Of a stretch of 26,000 nt of DNA, positions 25,873-26,000 are shown piece by piece (the stretch's first letter is position 1; each line of letters opens with the position of its first letter). Source of the stretch: a virus (lineage: Duplodnaviria > Caudoviricetes); IMG/VR virus record IMGVR_UViG_3300048079_000018, positions 1-26,000 of that record; one strand, 5' to 3'. The position numbers were made by a program, and so were the translations under genes. Under the pieces are notes generated by a model that did not search any database, had not been told where the DNA came from, and saw only the letters and a list, made by a program, of their open reading frames with translations.

Positions 25873-25959
25873 GACACCAAGCGTTCCCTGTGAGCGAGCC
25901 AGCCCGGCCCCTAACCGGATTGGCATGAAAAGCCGCCTACCTAAGGCGGCTTTTTTTTT
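25873..25959 (+). ncRNA. Candidate antitoxin sRNA (~87 nt)
   Basis: Promoter upstream. 5' 21 nt (25874-25894) complementary to the minus-strand leader, internal hairpin 25898-25924, terminator at the 3' end, no ORF. Confidence 0.7.
25930..25959 (+). terminator. Intrinsic terminator of the sRNA
   Basis: AAGCCGCCT-ACCTA-AGGCGGCTT followed by a T run (T9 at 25951-25959). Confidence 0.9.
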
Positions 25960-26000
25960 CCTGCGATTCCCCAGCGTTACCCGTCACAGCTCCACGCTAA

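Larger units (their letters stand above)
1..26000. mobile_element. P2-like (phiCTX-type) prophage, boundaries outside the window
   Basis: Complete P2-type late gene set in canonical order (Q,P / O,N,M,L,X,lysis,R,S,V,W,J,I,H,tfa,FI,FII,E,E',T,U,D) plus ogr, repressor and primase start. Phage identity is firm for 1-24947; 24948-26000 is inferred to be the accessory region after the portal. No att, int or cos seen. Confidence 0.95.

Noticed and set aside
25458-25894. 21-bp direct repeat as attL/attR, IS ends or a CRISPR repeat
   Set aside because: Only two copies ~416 bp apart, with no integrase, tRNA, transposase or cas gene nearby; the promoter/terminator context fits an antisense RNA better.

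Overview
The whole window is a P2-like (Peduoviridae, phiCTX-type gene order) prophage, most likely from a Pseudomonas host. Left to right: the 5' end of a Zn-finger primase/replication gene and the early operon on the minus strand (two hypotheticals, ogr, a CII-like gene, a Cox/Ner-like HTH). Next come a divergent short XRE repressor, a secreted accessory protein and a small gene with a LexA box. These are followed by an apparently intact contractile-tail, baseplate, lysis and head module (D,U,T,E/E',FII,FI,tfa,H,I,J,W,V,S,R,lysC,lysB,endolysin,holin,X,L,M,N,O on minus; P,Q on plus), then ~1 kb of accessory DNA after the portal. Integrase, att and cos are not visible. Three features stand out. 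(1) An unannotated type I toxin-antitoxin-like locus at 25241-25959: a 33-aa peptide gene with a structured 5' leader, and a divergent ~87-nt sRNA whose first 21 nt are perfectly complementary to that leader. (2) An SOS-box-controlled 64-aa protein that resembles the C-terminal domain of the phage's own non-cleavable repressor, a candidate mimic-type antirepressor. (3) A miniature terminase-like P-loop ATPase embedded in the lysis cassette. All calls are by eye from sequence and family knowledge; no searches were run.
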